This document shows positions 49,066 to 62,600 of a stretch of 64,000 nt of DNA, piece by piece. The stretch's first letter is position 1; the number at the start of each line of letters is the position of its first letter. The stretch lies in NCBI RefSeq assembly GCF_036321535.1, contig NC_087447.1, forward strand, positions 34,164,001 to 34,228,000. Reading direction: 5' to 3'. This DNA is from Camelus dromedarius. Taxonomy: Eukaryota. The position numbers and the translations under genes were made by a program. The notes under the pieces were generated by a model. The model was not told where the DNA came from. It worked only from the letters and a program-made list of their open reading frames with translations, and ran no database searches.

Positions 49066-51696
49066 TGGGGGGGGGGGGGTGTTAGGGGAGAGGGCTGAAT
49101 CAGAAGGATGGGATGTGAATGCTACCAGCTGGGGGTGAGCTGGAAAGGCTGGTTCAATCTCACAACAGACTACCAAGGCCCTGAGCAGGCAGAGATTCAC
49201 GTGCAGGGACAGTGGCAATGACGACTACCCAAGAGGAGGATAGCAACTTCACCATCAGCAGAACACTGCTTTCTCTGATGCTGCTCCAGTCCTGGAGGCC
49301 CAGGTGCAGGAATGAGGGAAAGGAAACAAAGTCAAGTCATCACACCTCCATCCCCCTTCAACCTTCCAAAGCCACTTGCACTCGGGGAGCTGGGGGAAAA
49401 GAGCTTGGAGTTTGAGACTGAAGTTTAAAAAAGAACAAGACAGGGTCATAAGTAGTAACATAAAACTGTTCAGATAACTGGCACATGACTGGCCAACACA
49501 TTAGTGAGTCTCGACCTGGGTGGAAAGATGGGAGTCAACATAGCACCACTGGTGGCAGTTGGTAAACCCACTTCATAGTTATACCCCAGCAACTGATTCC
49601 TCAACACACTGGTTACAGTCTGCCTTGTCTGCTCAGAAACTCAGAAGGAATACCTTCCACTCTGGACGAAGGGCTGGGGCTGAGTGTCTCTGCATGATAC
49701 GCCTCCACAGGCTGCCCAGCATCACCTGAGACAGTGTTCCAGCCAACAAAGGGTTCTAGATCTTTTTTTTTTTCTTTCACCTGTACATGGTATACCTAGA
49801 TTTTATTCACCTGTCCCCAAAGACACCATGAACGTGAACTCTGAGATCACAGACCTGGGTTCAAATCCTGGCTTTGCTGCCCACTAACTACAGCCTTAGG
49901 ATGTCACTCATAACTTCTTTAAGCCAAAACCTCTTCATCTGTAACTCAGCCTATTATAAACTCCAACACCAGTTTTAAGAGCTGGAGCAGATGCAGGTAA
50001 AAGCCTTGGAAGCACAGTTGGTACTTTTTCATTTAACAATATTTACTGAGTAGATTCTCTATGCCTTAAAGTATAGAGACGATGAGGCAAAGTGGGGGGA
50101 GGGACAGGACAAAGAGAAGGCAGGACAAAGGGTAGACAGATGGCAGGGTGGCCAGGGGTCACCTCCAGGCCACATGGGATGGAGCTGGCCTCCCAAGTCT
50201 GCATCCCCTAGAGCCCTTTCTGCTAAGCATGAATTTGTAAGGCCCCTGCCGGGGGGGCACAGGCCTGAGATCCAATCCCTCCCAGGAACTAGGAAGTGAC
50301 TGCCTGCCCCCTACACCGGCACAACAACTCTCTTCCAGGAGGAAGTACCGTGCTCCTTGGAACAGAAATATTCATCTCCCCACCTCTCCACGGAAACACC
50401 ACAACCAATCCCCATGCTCCAGCATCGTGCAGGCTACGTGCCATTCAACCCAGATCTCATTCGTCCCCATAGAGGACGGCCCACACCCCAGGGCAAGGGA
50501 ATTCTCCGTGGAAGCTTCTCTCAGAGCTGAGATTAAGGCTGACCATCCGATGGCTGTCTCAGAGATCTCTGGAAGTGGTGTGACTATGCCTGACCTGGGA
50601 GAGGCCCAGACTATTAGAGGTCCCACCTGGGGAATCCCAACATGTCCCATTCAGAGACATGACACACCCATGAGACGCCAACAGTGCCCCCACCCCACCA
50701 ATACTGGAAGAGCCGACAATCCAGAAACATAGCCAGGAAAACCACGTAGCAGAGCAGAGGCAGGGAACAGGCCCTGAACAGATCACATCTGCAAACTTAC
50801 CTGCTCCACTGGGCCGTGTCCTTCTGCACTGCTCCCTGCCTCCCGGCCGACCACCAGCTTGGAGGCTAACGAGCAGCTTTTCAAAACACAACCACGCTAG
50901 GGAAAGGTGGTGTCACCTGAAGCCCAAACGGCTCTACCTGTTCTGGGAAAACTGGAGGCAGGTGCAGCCTAATGAGTTTGGGAGGATGCCGGGGCCGACG
51001 GCAGCTGCTTGTATTTACAACAGGAGAGAGAGTGAGTTTCCAGAGTGAGATGTTGCCTAAGGAGGCTAAGAATTCAGACCAGCCATCTCCAGACCAGCAC
51101 CTAATTGAACAGCCAACCACCAGCACACGCTAATGTGTTAATTAGCCACCAAATTGGAGTTAATTAAAAACTAATCAGGACATCAAAATGGAACATCTCA
51201 TTCATAAATCATGTGCTTTTTTTTTTTTTTTGAGCGAGGAAAAGCGCTGCTTCTTCTAATAAAAGTAAGAGATAAAGGATTAGGCATTTTTCCCTGGGAA
51301 CTTGTACAGTTTAAATATGTTCTATGGTTAAGTGTTCCCTCTCCCACAGATAAGGACTGGCTTGATAATTAACTGAACTGCCAGTCGTGTGAATCAAACC
51401 AGCATTATCTGAGTAAGCCCTTCTCAAAGAGAAGCAGCTCGGTCTTCACTGCTCCCTCAGTGTCCTGCAGACACGGCTGGCACGGTTGGATCGGCACTCT
51501 TGGAGCGATTCTCTAGGTTGTCAAAAAGTCTGCAGCCTCAAGTGTAGACAAGCATCAAGCTGCCTCAAAACCAGTAAGAAACAAGACCAGAAGAGGCCAC
51601 CGCACCCGTTGGCTTCACTGTATAAACATCATCAAAAAGTCACAGGTGGGCATTTCTAACGATGAAAGGGCAGCTTCACGGCGTGCTCTGACTCAC

Positions 51697-51769
51697 CTTC
51701 GGCAGACAGCCCCTGGATGTTTATCCCCTTAGCTGCCAGGAAATTCAAGCAGGCATCTATGTTTTCAAT
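51697..51769 (-). CDS. NAV2: NAV2 coding exon (73 nt), calponin-homology domain segment IENIDACLNFLAAKGINIQGLSAE(E)
   Basis: Acceptor ttttctttcccccccctag|ATTGAAAAC, donor GCCGAAG|gtgagt. Phase 0 in, phase 1 out; joins the next exon as G|AA (Glu). Too short to appear in the ORF track. Confidence 0.96.
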
Positions 51770-52859
51770 CTAGGGGGGGGAAAGAAAACAATATACACTC
51801 AATAAACGTTCAGCCTCCTCCAGAGCCACCTCTTATTAGGAACAAAGGGCTATGTCAGAGAGAGGGTTCACTGTGCATTTGCTAAGGTTCTCAAAGAGGA
51901 AGATGACATGGAGACACCGGATGGATAGATGGATGGATGCAGGTCAGGACTCTCCCTTGTACTCGCAGAGGAAAGGGTTACCTAATGTCCCAACCACACA
52001 GTGCCAAAAGTTGAGAGCCTGGCTTGCTCACCGCTGCCAAAAATAACCGGGCTGGAATTGGAGCACTAGTGTTGATGACTGTCACCAGTGTTATCCTGAA
52101 AACTTGAGCAGCTGCCAGAAAAATGGAGGTGGGGACAAGGTTAGAAGACCCATCCGCCTGCCAGCAGCTGAGAGAAATTTCCAGCCACCACCAAGGAGGT
52201 AGGAAGTCAAATATAAAATGAGTGAATGGGAATTTCAGCAGGAATCTGGGTAGTGTTAACTCACAAAATTCTCAGGATGGCAGGCATTGCAGAGGACCAG
52301 GGAGAGCTGGAAACTCACCAAACCTCTCTGTCCTTTGTGTCTGCTGTGGCAAAAAGGGACCTAATCCCACCAGGGTCTGGGAGACCTCCCAGGCTTTCCA
52401 GGGCTGATGCTACGGCCAAAGGCAAGTTCACATCCAGCCCTCAGGAAAGAACAATTAGGTCATTCCCAAAGGTCTGATTTGACTTCAGTTGTCAGGGCTA
52501 ATTATTTTTTGGTCTACTGGAAAATGTTCGGGCTCCATTCATGTCAATGGTGACCATAAATAAAAGAAATTGCTTTTGACTTGGCACAGGGATCTTTGAA
52601 ATTCACACAATCTGCATTTCACAGTGGAGATTTTCCTCATCTCCACCCCCATCCCCTACCCCCAACCTGCTATCCTAGGCTCTACCCACATGTTCATGAA
52701 CTCAAACCACTATTGAACCCATAGGGCTGGTTTTGAACTAATAAATGACTGCCCTGAACAGTGTACTTGTGCCCATTCTCTTTCCCCTTTCTCAAACAAG
52801 ATCCTGGTGGCTCCTTCATAGCCACAGAGGGTGAAGTGTCTCCATTTTAAAAGCCCTAC

Positions 52860-53482
52860 TTTTTTTTCAGTTGGAGTCTAGTTGATTTACAATGTTGTGT
52901 TAGTTTCTGGTGTACAGCATAGTGGTTCAGTTATACATACATACCCTTTTTCATATTTTTTGTTATAGTTTATTAGAAGATATTGAGTGTAGTTTCCTGT
53001 GCTATGTAGTAGGACCTTGTTTATCTATTTTATATATAGTAGTATCTGCTAATCCCAAACTCCCAATTTATCCCTCCTCCCTTTTTACCCTTTGGTAACC
53101 ATAAGTTTGTTTTCTGTCTTGAGTCTATTTCTGTTTTGCAAATAAGCTCATTTGTACCACATTTTAGATTCCATATATAAGTGATATCATATGATACTTG
53201 TCTTTCGCTGTCTGACTTACTTCACTTAGTATGATGATCTCTAGGTCCACCCATGTTGCTGCAAAAGGCATTATTCCATTCATTTTTATGGCTGAGTAAT
53301 ATTCCATTGTATAAATATACCACAGCTTCTTTATCCAGTCATCTGTCGATGGACATTTTTAGGTTGCCTCCATGTCTTGGCTACTGTAAATAGTACTGCT
53401 GTGAACACTGGGGTGCATGTATCTTTTTAAATTAGAGTTTTCTCCAGATATCTGGAGTCACATTGTTGGAACATATGATAAC
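52860..53482 (-). mobile_element. L1 3' fragment (~620 bp; end of ORF2 and 3'UTR)
   Basis: Poly-T, gttgatttacaatgttgtgttagtttctggtgtacagc, gattccatatataagtgatatcat, tttttatggctgagtaatattccattgt, ggttgcctccatgtcttggct. No clear TSD. Confidence 0.9.
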
Positions 53483-54840
53483 TTAAGAACTCGAATTTGA
53501 GTAGAGTCTGCTCCAAGGCAGTCTTCTTCAAGTTCATGTCCACCGTGCCCTGATGTCTGTCATTTTCCTCCTCTGCTTCCAAACATGTTAAATTAAGCTC
53601 TTCACAGTCTTCACAGCTTCCAAACATGTTAAATTAAGCTCTGGGACACCTGAATAAAACTGCATCCAGATTTAAAGAATCCACTCAACCCTGAGATTGA
53701 GGTCGCTCCAACCTTGCATTTTTTAGCTCAGGTCCCCATCTCTTTCCCAGCTCACCTTCTAGGATCCTCATCTGGGAGACATTTTTTCATCTTTAGAAAA
53801 AGGGCCAGAATGCAATTTCCTGTACATGAAATAAATACTGATACTATAGGTTAGGCCTGCCACCATCGCAGAAAATCATTTCTTACAAAGAGGGAGGAAA
53901 AAATGAGACAGCTTTGAACTTTCCTTTCTTCTTTCCAGCACAGGATGACTGACAGTGACAACCAGGTGCTACCACCTTGGAAGGTGGGTTGCGGGGGCGG
54001 AGGTGAGCAAAGAAGGAAGAGAATGGCTGGGAGGACCCTGTGGAAGGTATTCCAGAGCAATTGGCTTCCGTTTGTAATAAAAATCATCTCTCTCAGTGAG
54101 AAAATATCAGTCCTCATTTCTGGTACTGTACACAGTGGTAAGATACCAAAACCACTCAAAAGGACTTGTGGCTCCCACACAAAGGCACTAGGTATTTAAA
54201 TCATGGTAAAATGATAAAATTCCTTTTCTACCATTTGTCTCTTCCTATAATCCTATCCCACTTCTTTTAATGTAAAGTCTTGCAAACAGCTCATAAGGGA
54301 AGCTCTGGCAATTGTACCCCCATGAAAAACAAGAAAAAGAAAAAGTGACCACCCCTGAATCTATTAATGCAAAATCAAAAATAGTGCACTTGATGTTTCT
54401 CCCAGGAAGTGTCACAGAGCTGGGCGGACACGGGTAGGTTAAGTTTTCTCAGCAATAGTGTGGCAATGTGACGCTGGATGATTAAAAAAAAACAAAAACA
54501 AAAAACAAAAAACGGATACCTACCAACATATCTTAGAAAAGCACTGCTCTACTACAACACTGTGATTCTATAGAACCTTCCTTCCAAGGAGCATAAAGTG
54601 CATTTCCTTGTCACATTTATGGAGCATTCAATGTATGTAGCATCATTTAAAGTCTGGGGTGATTTCTTCCTGTAAGGTTAGCCTTGTGCATTTCAATTCA
54701 TCCTTTCTTTATAAATGTTATATATTCTATTAAAAGGCAGGAGGAGGCGGATAATTATAGATACATTAGCTCGAATACTTCCTCTTGTTGTTGATTTTCC
54801 AAAGTCCTACCTTTCTGTCAATGAATTTCGTAATTTAGAT

Positions 54841-55064
54841 CAGTAGTCCTCCACTGGGAAAGGAAGACAACAATTTTGCTCCGCAGGGGACATCTGGCCA
54901 AGTCTGGCCACATTTTGGCTTGTCACAACCCTGAGGGGAACTGGCATTTGATGGGGGAGAGGCCAAGGATGCTGCTCAACATCCTACAACTCAGTGAACA
55001 GTTCCCTCACAACCAAGGAATTATCCAATCCCAAATGTCAGCAGTGCCAAGGGTGAGAAACCTG
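54841..55064. mobile_element. MER20 hAT-Charlie element
   Basis: caggggacatctggc...ttttggcttgtcacaac...gaggccaaggatgctgctcaacatcctaca...aatgtcagcagtgccaagggtgagaaacc. Confidence 0.88.
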
Positions 55065-57249
55065 AGTGACGTGATTCTTTTAATCACTCATTCAATCAAC
55101 GTGATTGTGCAGATGTCTGGTCGGTGGCAGGCACTGTGCTCGATTCTTTTGACAGTGGTGGTCCAGAGTCCTCCTCCCTGTCCAGGGGCCCACATTTACC
55201 TAATCCTTCTCTATAGGATCCACAGAGCCATTTCACACAGCACTCCCCCCACCCCACTCCCATCCACTTCAGGAGAATCCGAGCATATAGACAAGGCAAG
55301 CATTAGGATCTCCCTCAACAGTGGGGAGAGGAGGCCCAAGGGCACCAAGAATGCTTCCTCCTAGAGAGGAGATGGAACACGGAACACTATCCAGATGGCC
55401 AGACTGCACTCCCAGAAAACGTGAGACCTGAAAATAAGAACTCGGGTCATCACTGAAAAGACGATTCCTAAGACCGCCAAGTGCCTTGAATTTTTCCCTC
55501 CACCGTGAATTCTCTGCTCACAGAAGGAGTTCAAAAAACATTCCTCAGGTTTCAAATCCATGCTTTAATAATGTTCCACTAAGGTTAAGAATCACTCCTG
55601 ACACGGCGGCCAAGACCCTTTTCATCTGCACCCCAGGAAGAGTGCAGGGCTGGGAAGCAGCACAGGGTCAGATGTGGATTCCAACCTCCCGCTTCACTTG
55701 GAATGAGATCAGAAGGGGAGAGTGTTTCTTTGATCCAGGCTCTCTTGTGATTCCAATTCACCTTAAGGTTTTCTTGTAAATACAGGTAAACAGCCTATCT
55801 TCCTGGACCACTGAGACTGCAGCCTCCCACCACATCCCTTGAGGGGATGGGCCAGTGGCAGGAGCCTGGCACTCATCACAGCACAATGAGGTCCTAGCGC
55901 CCATCTTTAATGAGGTTCACAGCTCATGTGGGGTCCAGACACATTGTGAGAGATGAGGATCCTGTTGAAGTTGGGACGCAGAGGGAAAGAAAAGACTCTT
56001 CACCAGCAAAGTATGTAAATACAACCAGAGTTTTTCATTAACACATAGCGGCCAATATAAACTACTTTCCAAAATTGGCTGAAAAAATCTGTGCAAAGTC
56101 TGACATTCCAGTGTTGCTGAGAGGCACTGGGTGAGAAGATTGTTGTAGCTGCTGTCATAGAAATGGGTCCAAGAGCTCTGGGATCAAGTTCCTGGAGTTT
56201 GACGTGTTAGTTGGGGTGGAGGCGGGAAGCCAAGAAATGGGACTACAGCAGGGCTTGGAGACCCTGGGAGCAGAAAGGAGCAGGATGGGGAAGGGGGTGG
56301 AGTATGGGGACAGACCAAAACAAGGACACACTTCCCAGGGTTTCCTTTTGTCTGGGGCTACATGTGGCCTCCACCCTGTGCAGTCCGTGAACCCCCGAGA
56401 CAGAAAGGCTATGATTAAGCCTTCCTCCCACTCTCAGCCAAGATCTCCATCCCAAAGTTGAATAGCTTCTCAACAGTCCCTAAATTTTAGATCTGCAGGG
56501 CAACTTTCATGGACCATGTATGTTGAGCCCACGCCTCCCACATTCAGAAGTACATCTCCGCCTAGGACGGGCAGAGAGCAAGGAGAATCAAAACAAATGG
56601 CAAACAACTGGAAAGAGAAGGGAGGGGGGAGGCAAATGGAAAACTTCACATTTCAATCATGATTAAGGCCAGGCTGGGTCTCATGATAACATAAAATATG
56701 CAAACCTCAGATGCACTGCTGTGTATCTCCTCGGTAGCTTAGAGACTGATCAAGTACCATCTGTTGTGGCAGTTGTCATGGTAGCATTTTTCTCTGAATA
56801 CCAGCGTGGCTGAGTGCAAAGTGCATGAAAATGATTAATGCAGATGAAGACCATCTCTACCAGCGCCACCACAGCACAGGGGGAGAGGGGGCCCTGGGCA
56901 CACCACTCATAAATGGGGTGCTAGTTTTTATGAGTTTGGAGTTTCTCACCAGGCCCCTTGGAGATCTCCAGCTTGAGAAGATGAATTTGGGAGGGGGAGG
57001 CAAACAGATGCTGCATTCAAGTCAGGCATGGTTACCGCCATTTAAAAAAAAATTCATGAAATACCTAGCGCTTAGGTAGTGGGAGACCTGGACCCCAGAC
57101 AAGGCTGAGGAAGAACCTACAAGTTCTAGGGACTTTAAAAGCACAGTGTAGCAGCTTCTCGAGTCTCCTGTCAGCTCAAGCAACTTCCTTCCAGGAGTGT
57201 GTGTGATCCTCACACCTGATACTCTACTTGTCAACAAAAATAATCATCA

Positions 57250-57790
57250 TCTATCCATTCACTTACCCATTTCTTCGCACATTATTTACTGAGCACCTTC
57301 TGGGTGTCAGGCAGTGTGTTGGCACTTGGTATACAGTCGTGAATAAAAGAGACATAATGCCTGACCTTGTAGAACCTACACTCTGATGGAGGGGAACTGG
57401 CGTAAATAAATAGTACACCGAGAGCATCTGTCATGTGCTAAAGGACCTGATCTAGCCTGGGGGATGGATGGGGAGTCAGGTAAGAATTTCTTCAAGAGAT
57501 AGCAAGTTGGTCCACAGAGACAGGGCTTCCTGTCTGTTCTGTTCACTGATGAAGCCCCAAGCACCTAGAGGAGTATGGGGAGAATTGTAAGTATTCAGGA
57601 ATGTTTGTTGACTGAAGAGAAATTTGAGCTGAGATGTAAGAGTGAGCTGGGCACCTAGAGTGGGGAAGAGAAGAACGCAGCCATCATAGGGCACCTAAGG
57701 CTGCAAAGCTTCCACTTGGGACGCAGCCTAGCATGTTCTGGGAACCAAACGAGAGTCAAAATGGCTGGAGGCCAGCGTGCAAAGGAGAAG
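57250..57790 (-). mobile_element. L2 fragments (possibly with an oppositely oriented L2 piece nested near 57510-57610)
   Basis: atttactgagcaccttctgggtgtcaggcagtgtg...gaataaaagagacata; degraded. Confidence 0.65.
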
Positions 57791-59419
57791 AGCAATGCGA
57801 GAGGACATGGAGCCAGAGCAGAGCACGGGGCCGTATTCAGAAGCTGATGTGGAAAAGCAGAGAAGGGTCCTTCCTGCTCTTAGGGAAGCCTTGACACCCC
57901 ATGACCATGGCAACGGCAGCAAGGCCAAGCCCTTCTGGTCTGAAAGCTGCAGGATGGGCTATTTTGCTGCAGGGATGGCTCCAGCAGCGTCTCCAAGGTG
58001 GGGCTCCAGTGACATCCAGGCTGGGAACTGAGATGGGGAGGGATGGGAAGGGCAGGGAGGCATCTGTGGTCACAAGTACTAGGAAGGTCTGTTTCCTATC
58101 CAACAGGTCTCCAAGTTCCTCTGCCCCTTTGCAACAATAAAAATAGAATAGAAGGAAAAAAGAAAAAGAATTCAACCACGAAACCAAACCAAAACGCACT
58201 TGGGGAACTACCCTCCCAAATGCGTGACTCATCAGTGTCTGTCTCTTTTCCTCTGCCTTCCGAGGGGCCACGAACTGATGCATGACTGTCCAGCTTCCCT
58301 TTTTCCTCCACCTTTGTCAGTGTTGGGGTCCAGCAGCATCCTACGGTCACGTGGCTCACGGACCACAGTGCGGTCCTGGAGAGGCACACCACTACAGGAC
58401 AGAGCAGGCAGGGCCCGGACACTGTAGTTTTCATTTTAGAAGGGGACTCCAGAAAGAGGGAAATGTATGGTGGTGTTTCAAATTCTCCTAGGCAGGGAAA
58501 CATTCAAAGCATCTTCCCTTGTGAGCCCCACAAGCTACCACTTGTTTGGCGGATGCACAAAGCCATCTATGTCCAGTAGTATACGGGGCTCCATACCCTC
58601 GTCGCAGCTCTGGCCATTCAAGCACCAGAGTTTTCAGAAGCTCATGTCTAGCTCCCTTGGTGGCTGTGAAACAAAGTTTAGGACTGTGGGACTCAGGGGC
58701 TAGCAGGGCTTCAGTCCCTCTCTCAGTCTGTTTCTTGTGCTGCTTTAATGCCTTGCCTGGCTCCTTCCTTTAATTTGGCAATGTTACCCGCCTTATCTTG
58801 TATGATATTTATAACTCTGGCTTTCCAAGATGTTGTCAAGAATTCCATTTTAGAAAAATTTTATAGGAGTCTCTGCTGTTACAGCAAATGGGTAAGTCCA
58901 TATGGACACAAAAAAAGTTTCTCTAGAGGAGGAAAAAACTTGAAAAGAAGAATCTCAAATTCCTCCAGTGACTATCTTTTCCCACTTTGCTTCCAACTGC
59001 GTAGAATGTTCCATTTCCCTATCATTTTCTGACTTCTCAATTTTTCCCTTGAAACAAAGAGAGACCTTGAAGGGGGGTTGTGGCTAAATTCTAGAAGTCA
59101 GTCCTGACTCTGGAGGCTCCCAGAATAAATGCTTACCACCGAGCTCTGCAGAGGATCGGCGTTTGGTCATGGTAGTCATCACGAGGTGGGAAGTGCCACT
59201 GGGGATCAGCACCCCCAGAAAGGCCCGAAGGACGCCTCTGTATGTGCTCATTCAGGATGGCATTCTGCACATGAGTTCTCCTGCTACAACTTCAGAGCAA
59301 CCATCCCTAACTTCCTAGCACTCCCAAAAGAATTATTCCAAGTGGACGCCTTCAAGTTACGAGCTGGACACAAATGCTAAAAGGGGAGTGACTGGGGCCA
59401 AGGAGTGACATTGACACGG

Positions 59420-59610
59420 TGAACACAGGCTTTGGGGTCAGACAAATCTGGGTTCCTATTCTGATTCTGCCATTTACTGAATTATGATCTTTTGCAAGTT
59501 ACCTCAGTGCCCTGATCTGTAAAATGGGCATTACACCTACCACACAGAGTGGTGGTGGTGATTACACCAGAGGTTATGGGTGTGGTACTTAGTAAGCCCC
59601 CAATAACTAG
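59420..59610 (+). mobile_element. MIR SINE
   Basis: aggctttggggtcagacaaatctgggttc...ctgccatttact...atctgtaaaatggg. Confidence 0.82.
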
Positions 59611-62600
59611 CAGTTTCTGTTATGTGCTGCCATTTTTGATATGAACGTCCCTGGGGAAAAGCGTTCAAGCCATGACATACCAAAAGCTGTGTCTGGGGCT
59701 GGCCTCCGGCAAAACAGAGAATTAGACAAGTTTATCTGGTCTGCCTCCCATTCTTCCTTCTGGGTTCTCCTCTCCATCACCTGATGCCATGCCTGCCTCT
59801 CAGTTCCTCTCTTGAAAAGACGGTGATAAACCAATTCACACCAAGGCAGAAGGGCCTGCCACTGGCCTCCCACGTGTTACCTATCTCCCCAGTGGAACTC
59901 GGATTCCATCAGAATCATTAGGGGACAGTATCTGTTGAAAGAACTCAGATTTTGAACTTCACACCAGATTCTGGTTTCCTTAGAAACTACCCACAAGATC
60001 CTAGGAAAATTATTAACGGCTTCAACCCTCATATTCGTCATCTGTAACATAGGAATGCTGGTAACGATCTCATAGTGTTACTGTACTACGTAGAGTAGAT
60101 GGGGTGACATACGTCAAGGGTCTGGTACTTTACACAGACCTTTAAAAAGGCTCTTCACACAACCCCATAATGGCAGAGTACTAGATACCCATGGCATCTC
60201 CTGAGAGTGGAAGATCATCCGGAGTTGTGAGACACTCTGAGACTTAGCTAAATTATACGACACTATACATAGCACAGCCTCTCTACGAATAGGCTCCTTG
60301 AAGCCACAATTCATTTTGGCCCTGTTAGAATCAGTGCTTTCTGTCCAAAATGCTTTCTGGTCAGTCTCCTCTGGAAAGTTACATGGGAAACTAAGTTTTA
60401 GACAAGCAGTTTCATTAAGAAGAATCAAATATTTTTGCAGAAAACTTTGGTTTTACCTATAAAGAAGGATACCAACACAGATTCCAGCCTTTGACAAGAG
60501 AACCCTGACTTCTGGAACCTAAACATGTGGCTGCGTCTTGAACCAACAGGGAAGAGCGGTGCTTGTCAGACAATTTCATCCAGGGAATAACTGGGAACCA
60601 GCCACCTCATTCATTCCAGGAAAAGTGATGACTGAATATTTACTCTGTTCTAGGCCTTGCTCTAGGGGAAAGGGATCCAGTGGTGACAAGACAGTGTGGT
60701 CCTTCCCTCATGGAACAGAGAGCCTTCTGAGCAAAGGCAGGCTCTAAGCAAGTCCCAGCCCCCTGCACACAGGTTACAAAGGGGATAAGGGCCAACTTAT
60801 ACCAACAGCTCAGCTACTCAAAAGCCTGACACTGATTCACTCTTTTGAGAAGGTCTAGGTTCTTTTTGTTTCTTTGCTGCATTTCTGTACTTACACCCAT
60901 AAGCCACCACAAAGTCTTCAAAAGGCAGCAGAACATAAGTGCAAAATAAAGCAAAACAGTGGATCCTTGATATACCTCGAGTACAGTGAAACCTCAGTTT
61001 TGGAGATGCCACTAGAATCGATCGTTTTACCCCCAAAACAAACCCACAGAAAGGAACGGGGTAATGGGAAGTAACTTGTAGATCAAGGCCAAGAGCTGCA
61101 CTTGGTTCACTAGCTTGGCGCCCAGTCCCCTCACCCCAGCCTGTGAAATTCAGGTTTGTGGCTCAGCCGATTGGCAAATGTCTGAGGCTTATGGTTCTTC
61201 TGGGTTGCTCATGAGTGGTCGATCCATGGACCCCTACCCTGCAATTCCAAGGACAGCATGATGCACCAAAGTGCAAGATGCATCCTGGCAGCACTGATTC
61301 CCAGGAAAGCAAAGCCACGCAGGTAAGTTTCAATGCTTTAATACTCAAATTCAGAATCCTGCAAGCCTTGGCTCTCTCACTGTAATGACAGCTAGAAGGA
61401 AGCTGACAACTCTGTTATCTTCTCCCTGCATATATCACCTGCAGTGTTCATTTCTGCAGGATTGTAATTCAAAAATTGTCATTGATTCCACTCCAATCCC
61501 AAATGCTGCTAGCAGTTATCATATGCCGGGCATAATGCTTGGACCTTTCACAGACATTACAGTTCAATCTGTTTTTTAAATTTCAAAAGTGGTTTGTAGG
61601 TATGGCTCAAGAACTGAGCCTGAATTATAGCCTCCTAGTAAACATTAGTATTTAATTTGGGAGATTTTGCAAGTGGTACACAAAATACATCAAGAACCTA
61701 GATTTCACCAATAGTTACAGATTCTAAAATCTGCAATCAAGGCAAAGAGCTACTTGCCAACCAATCAAAAATTATATGAGATTTAAAATCATTAAGAATA
61801 TTATCCAAAATTAAAATGACTCTCAGCTCTTCTTATTGCCAGAGCCAGAATGTCAGAGACATGGTCAAAGCCCCTGAAAGAGGAGAGAGACGAGACAAGG
61901 AAGGTCATAATCACAGGATATCCTGGCGCTTCCCAAGGCGACAAGATCCCTAATGCACCTGTGAAGAAATGGTGAAAACTCCTAGCTTGCCATATAGTGC
62001 TAATCTCTGCTACTATTTCCAGCCTTGTCAAGTATTGGGTTGAACCAGATAAAAATGCCATTTTTGTGGGTAGAAAGGGGTTAAATACTGGCCATTTCAT
62101 ATGTACTACCTATTTTCAATATATTAGGAAGATACCTACCCCTAAAAGCTAAAATTACACTGCCAGGTGATGAGAAAAATAGAGCAATTTACAGGCACTG
62201 ATAAAACATCAGTAAATTCTGAAACTCAGAATCAAATTTCTGTAAGTGTCTCTCAAAGGAATCTCACAAGACTGATCAAGAAATATGTATGTGGGTATAT
62301 ATGTGTATGTATGTATACATATATTTTATACATATTTTATATATTATATAAAATATCAAGTCAGAAGAAACAGTCCATCCACAGGCTAACTCCTTAAAAG
62401 CCCTTTGCTTTATTTTAGTTCTATAGAATTTCTCCTGCACGATCCCCTTAGAGAAGCAGGATGAGGCCAGGGGAAGGCTTTCATTCCAAGCTGATTTATC
62501 TCAAAACTTCACATAAAAGGCAAGCACTAGTCACCCTTCACAACAGTAAAGGGAAACCCAGGTCACATGCCCCTCTCCTCTCCTCCTACCTTCTGGTCCC

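Noticed and set aside
49540..49562. CTCF-like sequence gcaccactggtggcag
   Set aside because: Spacing does not fit the core consensus on either strand without a gap.
53575..53642. Repeat-spacer-repeat pattern as a possible CRISPR array
   Set aside because: Only two repeats, a 14-nt spacer derived from local duplication, eukaryotic intron context and no cas genes.
54876..55364. 162-aa ORF; similarly ORFs at 34428-34919, 10773-11302, 42566-42953 and 45577-45983
   Set aside because: They overlap MER20, MLT1, MER21 or L1 remnants or featureless intron; no evidence of real coding sequence.
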